From NCBI GenBank assembly GCA_944372715.1, contig CALVZZ010000048.1, positions 1 to 37,968 of the forward strand: a DNA stretch of 37,968 nucleotides, written 5' to 3'. Each line of letters opens with the position of its first letter. Position 1 is the stretch's first letter. The notes under the pieces were generated by a model. The model worked only from the letters and a program-made list of their open reading frames with translations, ran no database searches and was not told the origin of the DNA. A program made the translations under genes and the position numbers. Source of the DNA: an uncultured Clostridia bacterium (GTDB taxonomy: Bacteria > Bacillota > Clostridia > Christensenellales > UBA1242). This document shows positions 25,272 through 35,164 of this stretch, one piece after another.

Positions 25272-28200
25272 TTATTCATTTATTTTTATTAATTCAAACT
25301 TATTAAAATTATATAAATATAATTCATCAATCTTTATTTTAAATGCTTTTTCTACAGCCTTTTTATAAAGCAAAAGTTGAGTTTTATATTTTTTTACAAG
25401 TTTTTCATTATCTAATATTGAGGTCAATTTATAATCTACAATAATATTTTTTGCCCCCAAGCTTAAAAGATCTATTACCCCTTGAACAAGTATTTTTTCT
25501 TCACTACCATTTTTTATTATTTCATTTTGATTAACATACATCATAAATCCCTGCTCTTTAAAAATGTTGTGGGAACCCGTTTTATTTAAAATATCTTTTA
25601 TTATTTGATAAGCTTTTAATATTTTATTTTTATCAATTTTTTCTGGTATTTCAATGTTTAATGACTTTTCATTAAAATCAATTTGTTGCATTAAATTATG
25701 ATATTCCGTTCCTATTGTTGAAAAATCTTCTTTCAAGTGCTCATTTATGTAAAAATACTTTGGGGAAATGTTTTGACTATAACCTCTTTCTTCATCAACC
25801 AACCTACTAACAGAATTTTTTAAGGCAATACTTGTCTCTTTTTCAAATGGATATTTAAAGTTAAAATATCGTTTTAGTATTTCTTTTACTTTTTCATCAC
25901 TTTTCAAAGATTTATTTTGAATTGAGTTTAAATTAAAATTGATTGATTCATAAATGTTTATATTAAAAATTTCATTTTTAATTGATAAGTTTTCATTTAT
26001 ATTTTTAATATGGTTGCCACTTAGACTTCCAACAACAAGATCTAAAAAAGATTTTTGTTTAAAAACATCGTAATCGTTACTTATTTTTTTAAAATCACCA
26101 GCAGATGAGCCAACAATAAATAAATGGTTTTTTGCCCTTGTCAAAGCCACATATAAAATTCTCAACTTTTCAGCAAATTCATTCTTTTTTTGAAGCCCTT
26201 TTAAAATGTCATAAACAAGTGAAGGTTTGTCGTCAGGCATTTCTTTTATTCCAATACCTAATTTTTCATTAAGAACAATGCTATTATTTGTAGCATTTTT
26301 TGTTAAATCTGCCCCAGAATTAACAAGAAATACTACAGGATATTCTAATCCTTTGCTTGAATGTATAGTTGTTACACTTACGCTATTGCTTCCATAAGTA
26401 TAGGCAGGTGCAATAACCAAATTCTTTTCTGCAAAGTCCAAAAAGCCAACAAGATCATAATTATATCCATTTTTTAAGAAGTCGTTTACAAACTTTGTTA
26501 TGTTATTTCTATCTTTAATTTTAAATCTTTGTATAAATTTTGTTTTATTAATAATGTTAGTAAGCGCTACATAAATACCATAAGAAGAAATTTCAAAATT
26601 AAAATCTTCATACAATTTCAAAAAATCTTTTATTTTTTGTTGCAATTTGTCATCAAAATTGTATTTTATCATTTTTTCATAAAGAGTATTTCCGTCAATT
26701 TCAGCAATTTCAGAAAGCTCGTTTAAATTTACATCACCAAATTCCCTAATTGATGATGCAAGTGAAACATCGTCATAGACATTAACAGCCAAATTTAATA
26801 AATTTAAAATTATTTTAACTATATTATTTGAATATAAATACTCTCTTGAATTTGCTTGCACAGGAATACCAAATCGAGAAATTGTCGAACAAAACTTGTC
26901 TAAGTACTTGCCTCTTGCATTCAACAAAATTGTAATGTCCTTAAAATCTATTTTCCTAATGTTTTTGTTATCATAAATTTCTTGTCCAACCAACTCAGAA
27001 ATTTTTTCAGCTACAATTCTAGCCTCAGACTCAGCAACAGCTTCTTCTTGACTTTCAATTTGAACATCTTTCACACTATAAACACTTGGTGCAACAATGT
27101 CTGCCTTATCTTCCTTTCTTTTAATTATTTCAATATTTACTGCTGGAAAAGTGTTAGAAACATTTTTATATTCAGCTTTCGGATTAAATTTAGATGTGTT
27201 TTTGTAATCTATTCCAGAAGTAAGCAAAGTCATTACATTTTCAAAAATTAAATTAACAAAATTTAAAATTTCCGATCTACTTCTAAAATTAGAATTCAAA
27301 GCTAAACTTATGCTGTTATTGTCCAATTTAAAACTTTCCTGTATACCCAAAAAAATTTCTGGATTAGCTTGACGAAAAGCATAAATACTTTGTTTAACAT
27401 CGCCAACCATAAATCTGTTTCTTCCATTTGAAAGTTGACTTAAAATTTTTTCCTGAATCAAGTTTGCATCTTGATATTCATCAACATATATTTGTTTAAA
27501 TTCCTTTTTTAAAGAATTTAATGTTTTTTCGTCAGAAATAAGTTTTAACATATATTTTTCTAAATCATTAAAATCTAAACAATTTAAGTCTTTTTTATAA
27601 TTTTCATAAATATTGTTATATTTTTCATAAACATTTAAAACACTTTCTACTATATTTTTACTTTCAGACAAAAGGCTTGAAATATTCTCTTCCGACAATT
27701 CTAAATTTTTTAAACTAGTTTTATACACATTTATCTTTTCTCTTAATCTTATAATTTCTTTATAAACAAAATTTTCTTCATCTTTTGCCAATCTTTGAAA
27801 AGATATTTGCAAAACTTTATTATAATTGTACAAAAAATCCAGTTTTTTATCTGTTTCACTAAGCATAGAAATAATACCATTTATGTATGAAATATATTTT
27901 TCTTGCCCTTTTGCCTCGTCTAAAATTTTATTTGCATCAGATATAAAAGAAGAAATTTTAAAACACAAACTATCATTTAAAAAATTTTGTATCTTTTGCT
28001 CATCTTTATACATTGAAAGGGAAACATTTTTTAACCAAACCTCCCCATTTGCCAAAGATGAAACAAATTCATTTATAGTTTTAATAACCTGTTGCAAACT
28101 TTTATCCGTTCTATCATTTCCATAAAGTTCCAATAATTTATTGTAACACAAAGGATTCTCTTGATAAAATTGTTGCATTGCCTCTTTTAGTGCCTTTGCT

Positions 28201-28586
28201 TTTAAGTTTTCAATTTCCAACTCATCAATTAAAGAAAATGAAGGATCAATACCCAAAATATAAAAATACTTTTTTATCTCTTTTTGAAAAAAACTGTGTA
28301 TTGTAGATATATTTGCAACAGGCAAATCATCTATTTGTGATAATATTTCCGGATTGCTTTCGGCATTTTCATATATTGCATTTAATAACCTTTGCTTCAT
28401 TTCTTCAGCAGAAGACTTCGTATATGTTAAAACCAAGATGTCTTTAACCCCAATTCCATCTTTTATTATCCCTTTTATGATTTTTCTAATCATTACAGTA
28501 GTTTTCCCACTGCCAGCTGATGCAGACACAATCAAATTTTTCCCAAAAGAATTAACAACTTCATCTTGCGCTTCATCTTTAATCAT
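25272..28586 (-). CDS. addA: ATP-dependent helicase/nuclease subunit A (AddA/RexA)
   Basis: UvrD/PcrA-type motifs 'VSASAGSGKTTVM', 'VDEYQDAN', 'VGDVKQSIYAFR', 'TIHSSKGLEYPVV', 'YVALTRAK'. The C-terminal PD-(D/E)XK nuclease has 'GVIDLL...IIVDYKLT'. I prefer ATG 28586 (GAGGA SD) over the track's TTG 28604. It overlaps the addB stop by 8 nt (ATGATTAA). Confidence 0.9.
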   Translation of the reverse strand: MIKDEAQDEVVNSFGKNLIVSASAGSGKTTVMIRKIIKGIIKDGIGVKDILVLTYTKSSAEEMKQRLLNAIYENAESNPEILSQIDDLPVANISTIHSFFQKEIKKYFYILGIDPSFSLIDELEIENLKAKALKEAMQQFYQENPLCYNKLLELYGNDRTDKSLQQVIKTINEFVSSLANGEVWLKNVSLSMYKDEQKIQNFLNDSLCFKISSFISDANKILDEAKGQEKYISYINGIISMLSETDKKLDFLYNYNKVLQISFQRLAKDEENFVYKEIIRLREKINVYKTSLKNLELSEENISSLLSESKNIVESVLNVYEKYNNIYENYKKDLNCLDFNDLEKYMLKLISDEKTLNSLKKEFKQIYVDEYQDANLIQEKILSQLSNGRNRFMVGDVKQSIYAFRQANPEIFLGIQESFKLDNNSISLALNSNFRSRSEILNFVNLIFENVMTLLTSGIDYKNTSKFNPKAEYKNVSNTFPAVNIEIIKRKEDKADIVAPSVYSVKDVQIESQEEAVAESEARIVAEKISELVGQEIYDNKNIRKIDFKDITILLNARGKYLDKFCSTISRFGIPVQANSREYLYSNNIVKIILNLLNLAVNVYDDVSLASSIREFGDVNLNELSEIAEIDGNTLYEKMIKYNFDDKLQQKIKDFLKLYEDFNFEISSYGIYVALTNIINKTKFIQRFKIKDRNNITKFVNDFLKNGYNYDLVGFLDFAEKNLVIAPAYTYGSNSVSVTTIHSSKGLEYPVVFLVNSGADLTKNATNNSIVLNEKLGIGIKEMPDDKPSLVYDILKGLQKKNEFAEKLRILYVALTRAKNHLFIVGSSAGDFKKISNDYDVFKQKSFLDLVVGSLSGNHIKNINENLSIKNEIFNINIYESINFNLNSIQNKSLKSDEKVKEILKRYFNFKYPFEKETSIALKNSVSRLVDEERGYSQNISPKYFYINEHLKEDFSTIGTEYHNLMQQIDFNEKSLNIEIPEKIDKNKILKAYQIIKDILNKTGSHNIFKEQGFMMYVNQNEIIKNGSEEKILVQGVIDLLSLGAKNIIVDYKLTSILDNEKLVKKYKTQLLLYKKAVEKAFKIKIDELYLYNFNKFELIKINE

Positions 28587-31500
28587 CTTTATCCTCGCTT
28601 TCAAAAAAGTCCTTTTTAATTTTATATTGTTTTTTCCTCATTTCATCTTCTTGTGTAATCTTACATATCGCCCCAAACTTACAAAACTTACAAGCTTCTT
28701 CTCCGAGTGGACTAGGTTTTATGTTTCCTTGTTCCATTTCCTCTATTGCCTTAACTGTTATACTTTCTGCATATTTTTTCATATTGTTAAAAGTCTGCCA
28801 ACTTAAAGCAGAACTAGAATACTCAATAATGCCATCTTTTATATTTTCTTTGTTCGTTTTTATTTTTAGTCCTTTAATAATTCTACTTGTTGGATTTTCA
28901 AAGGTTAATGTGTTATCAAATGCTTTTAAAATTTCTTCATTGTCAACATAAAAGCCATTAAGCTTTTTATCTTTTTCGTTATTTTTAATTTTTAAATAGA
29001 AAACGCCAACAGGAATTAAATTTGTTTCTTTTTCAACAAATTTTAAATATAAAAACAATTGCAATTTTTCACCATAATAAAGTTCTTCAAAATTGCCCAA
29101 ATCTTTTCCACCGGTTTTATAATCTACAATCCTAAAATAATCTTTATATTTATCAATTCTATCAACCACCCCAACAAGATTATATTGATTGTTTTTGGTA
29201 TCAATTTGATATTTTATTTTTTTCTCACAAAGATATGGAACAAATGATGAGTTTAAATATGTTTCTGATAAAAACTCCAACAAGCTTTTCATTTCCTTAA
29301 TAATATTTTCTTTGTTTGGAAGATTTTTTTTCAAATTAAATTTATAAAACTTATCTTCTTTGAAAATTTTTGATATAACTTCATCAAAATTAACATTTTT
29401 TACATCAAAAATTACATTTTCTAAAAATTTATGTATAAAATTCCCAATATCAGCAGGTGTGATATCTGATAAAACTTTTTCTTTCAAATTTAATTTATAC
29501 GAACAAAAATGTTTGAATGGACAGCTTAAATATGTTTCAATCTGAGTAACTTTTAATTTTTTATCTATCAATTTTTTTGTATAAACATCTTCTTTTTTTC
29601 CATACTCCATTAAATCTATTAAGGATTTGTTGACAATATCATTAAATCCATCAAATTCAACATCTTGACCATCAATAGATAAGTACGCAAGCTGCAGTGC
29701 TTGTTTTGACAATTCTTCTCCTGTCTGTATATATTTATCACTTGACAAGTGTAAACCTTGCCCATTATTCTCAAATATTTTTTGCAAAGATTTTATAACA
29801 CTTGATGGCAAATTTTGCTTTTCACCATTGTCAAAAAGCGGATAACTCACAAACAATTTTTCATCAAATGCTGACATAATAGACAAAAGCTTAAACTTGT
29901 TTCTTCTATTAATCATTTTTATAGTGGGTTCTATACTTTTTCCAATCTCTATCCTTTCAATATCTTTATCCGTTAAAACCCCACAATCAGAAAGGTAGTT
30001 TGGCAAATCCGACTCAGTTGCCCCAATTACAAACAAAATTTTATTTTTAGGAATAAAACCAGATGTTGCATCAATCACAACAATATTATCCACAGATGCT
30101 GGAACTGTAGAAATTTTTTGAGAAGAAAAAGCTATGTCTAAAATTTTTATAAAATCAGATAATGTTTCATTTACTCCCATTGTTTTTAAATTATCAATAA
30201 TGGAAATAATTTTATCATAAAGTTGAATATAGATTTTTTCTTGTTTAATTTCATTGTTTTTTGCATAAGCATTTGAAAAATTTATTATTTTTTCTTTAAA
30301 TTCGTAAATATCAATAATATTTTCTAAAAAATCAATATAATTTTTGCAATTTTTATAAATATTTAATAATTTTGAAAGTTTTTCAAAATTATCTTTAATA
30401 AATTTTATATTTGCGTTTATATCATATTTATATATTTGATTAATTAAATCACTTTTATTTTCACATTCACAAAATGGCGACAAAATATAACTAATTAAAT
30501 CTTCTTTTTTAAAATTATACAAGAACAAATTTAAAATTATAAAAATAAATTTAATTGGAAATAGTTCTTTTAAAACTATATTGTTATCTAAATAATATGA
30601 AAAATTTAAACGATTAAATATTTTTTCTATATATGCTGAATATTTATCAAGACCAGCAACTGCTATTTGAATATCCTTATATCTATAACCACAAGTAAGG
30701 AGTTCTTTTATTTTTCTTGCAACCATCTTTACTTCTTCTTCCATATCTGATGCTTGCCATAATGCAATGTTGTTAGTGTTATATTTGTCCACTTTATAAG
30801 CAAACAGATTTTCCAATATTTGTCTACTTTCTGTTTGCAAAGAACAAGGAATTTCAATTACATTTAATTCTGTATTTAATGCCTTAATTTTATTCCACAA
30901 ATCATTTTCATAAACATAGGCATTTGCTTGCAAAAAAGGTTGCGTCAAGGCAACAACAACCTCCTTTGCAACTTCATTTAATCTAGTTAAAATTGTCATT
31001 CCCTGATTTGTCAATGAGTCAAAACCAACAAAAAGCACTGTGGTGTCTTTTAATTTAATATCACCTAATGCATTATCAAGTTCATTTAAAACTCCTGCCG
31101 AATCCAACCTTCCATTTAACAATTTTTCATATTCATTATATATCAAAAATATATCATCAAGTTTTACCTTTAAATTTTCCTCATTAACCTGAAATTTTTC
31201 AAACGGACTTATACAAGCAGATTTAAATTGTGAAATTGTATTCTTAATTTGTTCGCAAACACCAAAGTTAACCTCTTTAAAACACTTTAATTCAGCTTGC
31301 TTTCTGATTATTGCAAGTCTTATTAAAATTAAAGTTCCCAAATCAGAAACAGATTCCTTTTCTATTCCTTTTTGAGATAAAATTGATTTAGCAAATTTTG
31401 CTATACCCATTACCTTTACATTAAAAAGAGATTCCACATTCAAAATTTGAAAAATATTTTTTTCTAAACTTAATGAATATCTATCAGGGGTAATGACGAT

Positions 31501-31587
31501 ATATTTATCTGAAAAAGAATTTGGAACAATTTGTTTAATTGCACCAATTTCTGCATCTATAAAATTATTTGATTTTATTATTTTCAC
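28579..31587 (-). CDS. addB: ATP-dependent helicase/nuclease subunit B (AddB/RexB) with Fe-S cysteine staple
   Basis: The position upstream of addA with translational overlap supports the call. The C-terminal RecB-like nuclease has 'VGVVDRIDKYKDYFRIVDYKTG'. Four Cys ('YLSCPFKHF' and 'CKFCKFGAIC') match the AddB iron-sulfur cluster pattern. It has a GTG start at 31587 without an obvious SD, so the start is uncertain. No N-terminal P-loop is visible. Confidence 0.85.
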   Translation of the reverse strand: MKIIKSNNFIDAEIGAIKQIVPNSFSDKYIVITPDRYSLSLEKNIFQILNVESLFNVKVMGIAKFAKSILSQKGIEKESVSDLGTLILIRLAIIRKQAELKCFKEVNFGVCEQIKNTISQFKSACISPFEKFQVNEENLKVKLDDIFLIYNEYEKLLNGRLDSAGVLNELDNALGDIKLKDTTVLFVGFDSLTNQGMTILTRLNEVAKEVVVALTQPFLQANAYVYENDLWNKIKALNTELNVIEIPCSLQTESRQILENLFAYKVDKYNTNNIALWQASDMEEEVKMVARKIKELLTCGYRYKDIQIAVAGLDKYSAYIEKIFNRLNFSYYLDNNIVLKELFPIKFIFIILNLFLYNFKKEDLISYILSPFCECENKSDLINQIYKYDINANIKFIKDNFEKLSKLLNIYKNCKNYIDFLENIIDIYEFKEKIINFSNAYAKNNEIKQEKIYIQLYDKIISIIDNLKTMGVNETLSDFIKILDIAFSSQKISTVPASVDNIVVIDATSGFIPKNKILFVIGATESDLPNYLSDCGVLTDKDIERIEIGKSIEPTIKMINRRNKFKLLSIMSAFDEKLFVSYPLFDNGEKQNLPSSVIKSLQKIFENNGQGLHLSSDKYIQTGEELSKQALQLAYLSIDGQDVEFDGFNDIVNKSLIDLMEYGKKEDVYTKKLIDKKLKVTQIETYLSCPFKHFCSYKLNLKEKVLSDITPADIGNFIHKFLENVIFDVKNVNFDEVISKIFKEDKFYKFNLKKNLPNKENIIKEMKSLLEFLSETYLNSSFVPYLCEKKIKYQIDTKNNQYNLVGVVDRIDKYKDYFRIVDYKTGGKDLGNFEELYYGEKLQLFLYLKFVEKETNLIPVGVFYLKIKNNEKDKKLNGFYVDNEEILKAFDNTLTFENPTSRIIKGLKIKTNKENIKDGIIEYSSSALSWQTFNNMKKYAESITVKAIEEMEQGNIKPSPLGEEACKFCKFGAICKITQEDEMRKKQYKIKKDFFESEDKDD

Positions 31588-31678
31588 AAATACATTTTAT
31601 CATTTTTTTTCATTTTCGTAAAGTGTATTTTATTTTGCATAAAAAAATATGCAAACAACTTTGTTTACATATCTTAAT

Positions 31679-32458
31679 TTAATTTGATTTTTTAATCTTT
31701 TTTTGTTGATCAACCTTTTCTACAAATGCTTTTAAGGAAGATAACTTTTCCCCTTTTATTTTATGTGATAAATCTTTTGCCTTATCACTTCTTAATTTGT
31801 TTAATTCTTCTTTAATCAAAAGCTTTTCATTTTTTAATATTTCAAAATTCTTTTTTAGAATTTCTAATTCCTTTTGTTTTCTAACAAGTTCAACCATTAC
31901 ACTTCTTAATGATGCATTTGCATCTTCAAACTCGGCAAAAATTTTATCTTCTGCCTGCTCAATAGCTGATTTTTTTATTAATCTGACAAGACCCATAAAA
32001 AGCGAGTTTATTTCAGAGTCAGTAAGCAACTTTTTTTTAGGAGACATTGTCACAACCTTACATTTTTCTTCTTTTTCAACATTTCTATATTTATTTTGTA
32101 ACCTTAACATTTCTTTGACATTACCATTTGCCAAAGTACAACACGCACTTCTAACAGAATAACCTTTATTCAATAAATCTTTAACCTTTATTGACAACTC
32201 TTTGGTTTCTGTATCTGAAAATGTTTTCACTTTTAAAGGATTATGTGAATCTATATTAATATTTAGTGATAATCTTTTTTCTTTATTAAAACTCAATTCT
32301 TTAATTGTTTTATAATAATAGTTTCTAACACTATTGGGCTTCCTGTTAAACATATTTGCAAAATAAACAAAAGCTTTTGATAGTGGTAAATTTTTTTGTT
32401 TAAACTCTTCAACAATATTAAATAATTCTTTTGTTTCTTTATCATTCCACATCCACAT
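31679..32458 (-). CDS. Myb/SANT-like DNA-binding protein with C-terminal coiled coil (RsfA-family-like)
   Basis: GAGGTGA SD before ATG 32458. There are two W/F-x-(D/T)-x-E-T-K-E-L type helix-turn-helix repeats: 'WNDKETKELFNIVEEFKQKNLPLSKAFVYFANMFNRKPNSVRNYYYKTIKE' and 'FSDTETKELSIKVKDLLNKGYSVRSACCTLANGNVKEMLRLQNKYRN'. An E/K/L-rich coiled coil follows. Size and layout resemble the Bacillus RsfA family. Confidence 0.5.
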   Translation of the reverse strand: MWMWNDKETKELFNIVEEFKQKNLPLSKAFVYFANMFNRKPNSVRNYYYKTIKELSFNKEKRLSLNINIDSHNPLKVKTFSDTETKELSIKVKDLLNKGYSVRSACCTLANGNVKEMLRLQNKYRNVEKEEKCKVVTMSPKKKLLTDSEINSLFMGLVRLIKKSAIEQAEDKIFAEFEDANASLRSVMVELVRKQKELEILKKNFEILKNEKLLIKEELNKLRSDKAKDLSHKIKGEKLSSLKAFVEKVDQQKKIKKSN

Positions 32459-32540
32459 ATTTCACCTCTATAAAATTTTAGACACATTTTAGTATGTTTA
32501 TACAGTAATTTTTTAAGAACTATTTTTATATATTATAAGT

Positions 32541-33401
32541 ATGAAATATTTAATTTTTTCACCTATTCATTCTTTAATTAAAATACAAAATGAAAGTTTT
32601 GAAATTGATGAAAACTCATATTTAGAGTTAGACAATCCAGAAGATTTGCTTGTTTATCCTTTAGAAAAACACTATTTGCCAACAATTTTACAATTAAAGA
32701 AAGAATCAAACAAAAACACATTTGGAAATTACACCATTTACAAAGTGGAATTTCAAACAGTTCATAGTGGGGAAAACTTTCTAATAAAGAATATAAATGG
32801 TAAATTTGCAAGTCTTTCAGGAAAACCATATGTTTTTACAGTATCAGATAACTCTAATTCAAAATCATTTAAAATTTTATACAACATAGAAAATCCTGAA
32901 ATTATTTCAATTAATGGAGTATTTGCACTGCAAGGGACATTAAATGACAGTGATTATCTATTAATTTATGTAAATGATAGTTTTACAGAAATAATAGGAG
33001 AAGTTCAAATAGAAAAAAATAAAATAAGTTCAATAATTAATTGTTTTAACATTGCCAAACACGGAAAAAAATTAGATTTAGAAATTAACACAAATAAAGC
33101 AAAAATTATTTCAGATGAACTATTATACTTAAAGAACAAACCACAAATACCAAAACATACAGGTGCAAGAAATTTTGCCTTTTTAGAAGCTGTTATGTGC
33201 AAGGATTATAACTTGGCAAGAAATTTTTTGGAAGAAAATTTAAGTAAAAAGCTTTCAGATGACCATTTACAAATGTTTTTCAATGATTTTGATAATATAA
33301 CAGCAATTTCTAATGATGAATTTATTTTGTTTAAAAAAAACACTCCTGTTGGAGTGTTTAAGTTAAAAAATGTTAATGGCAAAATAGTCGATGTTGTTTA
33401 A
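32541..33401 (+). CDS. Hypothetical protein (286 aa), no recognisable domain
   Basis: A long uninterrupted ORF with codon usage like its neighbours. There is no signal peptide or TM and no motif I recognise. There is no SD; an A/T-rich -10-like TATATT (32529-32534) sits 6 nt before the ATG, so the mRNA may be leaderless. Confidence 0.55.
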   Translation: MKYLIFSPIHSLIKIQNESFEIDENSYLELDNPEDLLVYPLEKHYLPTILQLKKESNKNTFGNYTIYKVEFQTVHSGENFLIKNINGKFASLSGKPYVFTVSDNSNSKSFKILYNIENPEIISINGVFALQGTLNDSDYLLIYVNDSFTEIIGEVQIEKNKISSIINCFNIAKHGKKLDLEINTNKAKIISDELLYLKNKPQIPKHTGARNFAFLEAVMCKDYNLARNFLEENLSKKLSDDHLQMFFNDFDNITAISNDEFILFKKNTPVGVFKLKNVNGKIVDVV

Positions 33402-33405
33402 TTTT

Positions 33406-34902
33406 TTATTCATAATCATCATCAATATCAAATATCTCATTAATCTCGTCAATATCTTTTTGCGTTGGCATATCATCTGTTTGCTCTGAAAAAATCATAT
33501 CTTCAGAAGGTTGTTGCTCGTCAAAGCTTTCTTCCTTAACCATTGAGTTTCTTTTTGGGGCTTTTTTATCAAGATCCATAAAAGTTGTATATTCTCCATA
33601 CCACCTTAGTTTTACCACGCCAGGAGAACCATTTCTATGTTTTGCAATGATAACTTCACAAACTCCGGGTTCATCATCATTGACAACATCATTATACATA
33701 TCAGCTTTATATATAAACATAACAATGTCAGCATCTTGTTCTATTGCACCAGATTCACGAAGATCGGATAGTACAGGTCTATGATCTTTTCTTGTTTCAA
33801 CTGCACGAGATAATTGAGAAAGCAATATTATTGGCACATCAAGCTCTTTAGCAGCAATTTTTAAATATCTTGTAATTTCACTAATTTCTTGTTGTCTGTT
33901 GTCCGTGTTGGTTTTACCACCACTGTTCATAAGTTGAAGATAATCAATCATTATAAGGTCTAACCCCTGTTCCCTTTTTAATCTTCTACACTTTGACAAA
34001 ATATCACTTGGAGTATTCATACTTGAATCATCAACAAAAATTCCTGCTTCTGCAAGCTGTTTATTTGCTTGCCATAATGCTTTCCATTCATTAGTATCAA
34101 GTTTGCCTTTTAATGCCTTTTCCATACTAACACACCCAACAGAACAAAGAGAACGCTGTGCTAGTTGAATTTTTGGCATTTCAAGTGAAAATATTGCACA
34201 TTTTTTCTTTTGATTTATTGCAACATTATTGACAATATTCATTGCCAAACTAGTTTTACCAACACCAGGTCTTGCTGCAAGTAAAATCAAATCCGAATTG
34301 TGCAACCCGTTTAAAATTTCATCTAATGCTGTGAAACCTGTTGGCATTCCGTTTACAAGTGTTGGATCCTTTGCTATCATATCAAATTTGTCTATTACAC
34401 CTTTTAATGCTCCACCAATATGTTCTAAGGAAGAAATTTCTTCATTTTGTGCAATGTCAAAAATTGTTTTTTCTGCAAAAGAAATTCCGTGCCCTGCATC
34501 ATCATTATCGTAAGCTGTTTCTATTATTTGTTGCCCTGCATAAATCAACTTTCTTAACAAGGAATCCTTTTTAACAATGTCAACATAATGAGAATAGTTC
34601 ACAGCACTTGGAACAACATTTGTAAGAGATGTTATGTAATCAATGCCACCAATGTTTTCTAAAATATTTTTGTTTTCCAAAGCTTCTGTAACTGTGACAA
34701 AATCAATGGGTACATTTGTTTGATAAAGTGATTGCATTGTATCAAAAATGCTTTGATGTGTTTCGGAATAAAAATCAGCAGGTTTTAGCCTTCCCATAAT
34801 ACTAATTGCACATTCATTATCTATCAATAAACAGCCCAAAACTGCTTGTTCAGCTTCTATGCTGTGTGGCATTATTTTTACATTCATTTTTTTATCTTTC
34901 AT
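33406..34902 (-). CDS. dnaB: Replicative DNA helicase (DnaB family; DnaC in Bacillus nomenclature)
   Basis: 'PHSIEAEQAVLGCLLIDNE', Walker A 'AARPGVGKTSLAMNI', 'IMIDYLQLM', 'SQLSRAVE', 'DLRESGAIEQDADIV'. I prefer ATG 34902, 6 nt after AGGAG, over the track start 34908. There is an extra acidic ~55-aa C-terminal tail. Confidence 0.93.
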   Translation of the reverse strand: MKDKKMNVKIMPHSIEAEQAVLGCLLIDNECAISIMGRLKPADFYSETHQSIFDTMQSLYQTNVPIDFVTVTEALENKNILENIGGIDYITSLTNVVPSAVNYSHYVDIVKKDSLLRKLIYAGQQIIETAYDNDDAGHGISFAEKTIFDIAQNEEISSLEHIGGALKGVIDKFDMIAKDPTLVNGMPTGFTALDEILNGLHNSDLILLAARPGVGKTSLAMNIVNNVAINQKKKCAIFSLEMPKIQLAQRSLCSVGCVSMEKALKGKLDTNEWKALWQANKQLAEAGIFVDDSSMNTPSDILSKCRRLKREQGLDLIMIDYLQLMNSGGKTNTDNRQQEISEITRYLKIAAKELDVPIILLSQLSRAVETRKDHRPVLSDLRESGAIEQDADIVMFIYKADMYNDVVNDDEPGVCEVIIAKHRNGSPGVVKLRWYGEYTTFMDLDKKAPKRNSMVKEESFDEQQPSEDMIFSEQTDDMPTQKDIDEINEIFDIDDDYE

Positions 34903-34911
34903 AAACAACTC

Positions 34912-35163
34912 CTAGTCCGAATATGGATCTTCCTTTTTTGGCTTTGCCATTTTTTTATCTTGTATTTTTTTATAAACAAATTCTAGTAATAACACACCAA
35001 AACCACCAATAACAACAAGCAAAAAGATGTTAAGAAAATTGTTCATATTTAAAAAATATGTAAAACAAAAACTTATAATTGCTAAAAATGGTAATAAAAT
35101 TAAAAGCCAGATAAATATTCTTTTTACATCTTTTTTATATTGTTTTTTTATTTCTTTTTGCAT
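34912..35163 (-). CDS. Small basic membrane protein (83 aa), two TM helices
   Basis: ATG 35163 lies 1 nt after the upstream gene's stop; the track start at 35205 overlaps that gene. The layout is a K-rich N-terminus, 'IFIWLLILLPFLAIISFCFTYFL' and 'IFLLVVIGGFGVLLLEFVY', then a K-rich tail. Confidence 0.55.
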   Translation of the reverse strand: MQKEIKKQYKKDVKRIFIWLLILLPFLAIISFCFTYFLNMNNFLNIFLLVVIGGFGVLLLEFVYKKIQDKKMAKPKKEDPYSD

Positions 35164-35164
35164 T

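Noticed and set aside
28354-28806. Plus-strand 150-aa ORF spanning the addA/addB junction
   Set aside because: It is antisense to two well-supported genes with helicase and nuclease motifs, and is an AT-rich shadow ORF. The same reasoning applies to 1189..1581(-), 17973..18359(+), 18395..18730(+), 31797..32162(+), 9714..10055(+), 34229..34513(+) and the other short track ORFs nested in annotated genes.
25272-31587. AddAB considered as part of a defence or accessory island
   Set aside because: addB-addA is the standard Firmicutes double-strand-break resection machine, with intact helicase, nuclease and Fe-S motifs and typical translational overlap. There are no restriction, abortive-infection, toxin or mobile-element genes nearby.
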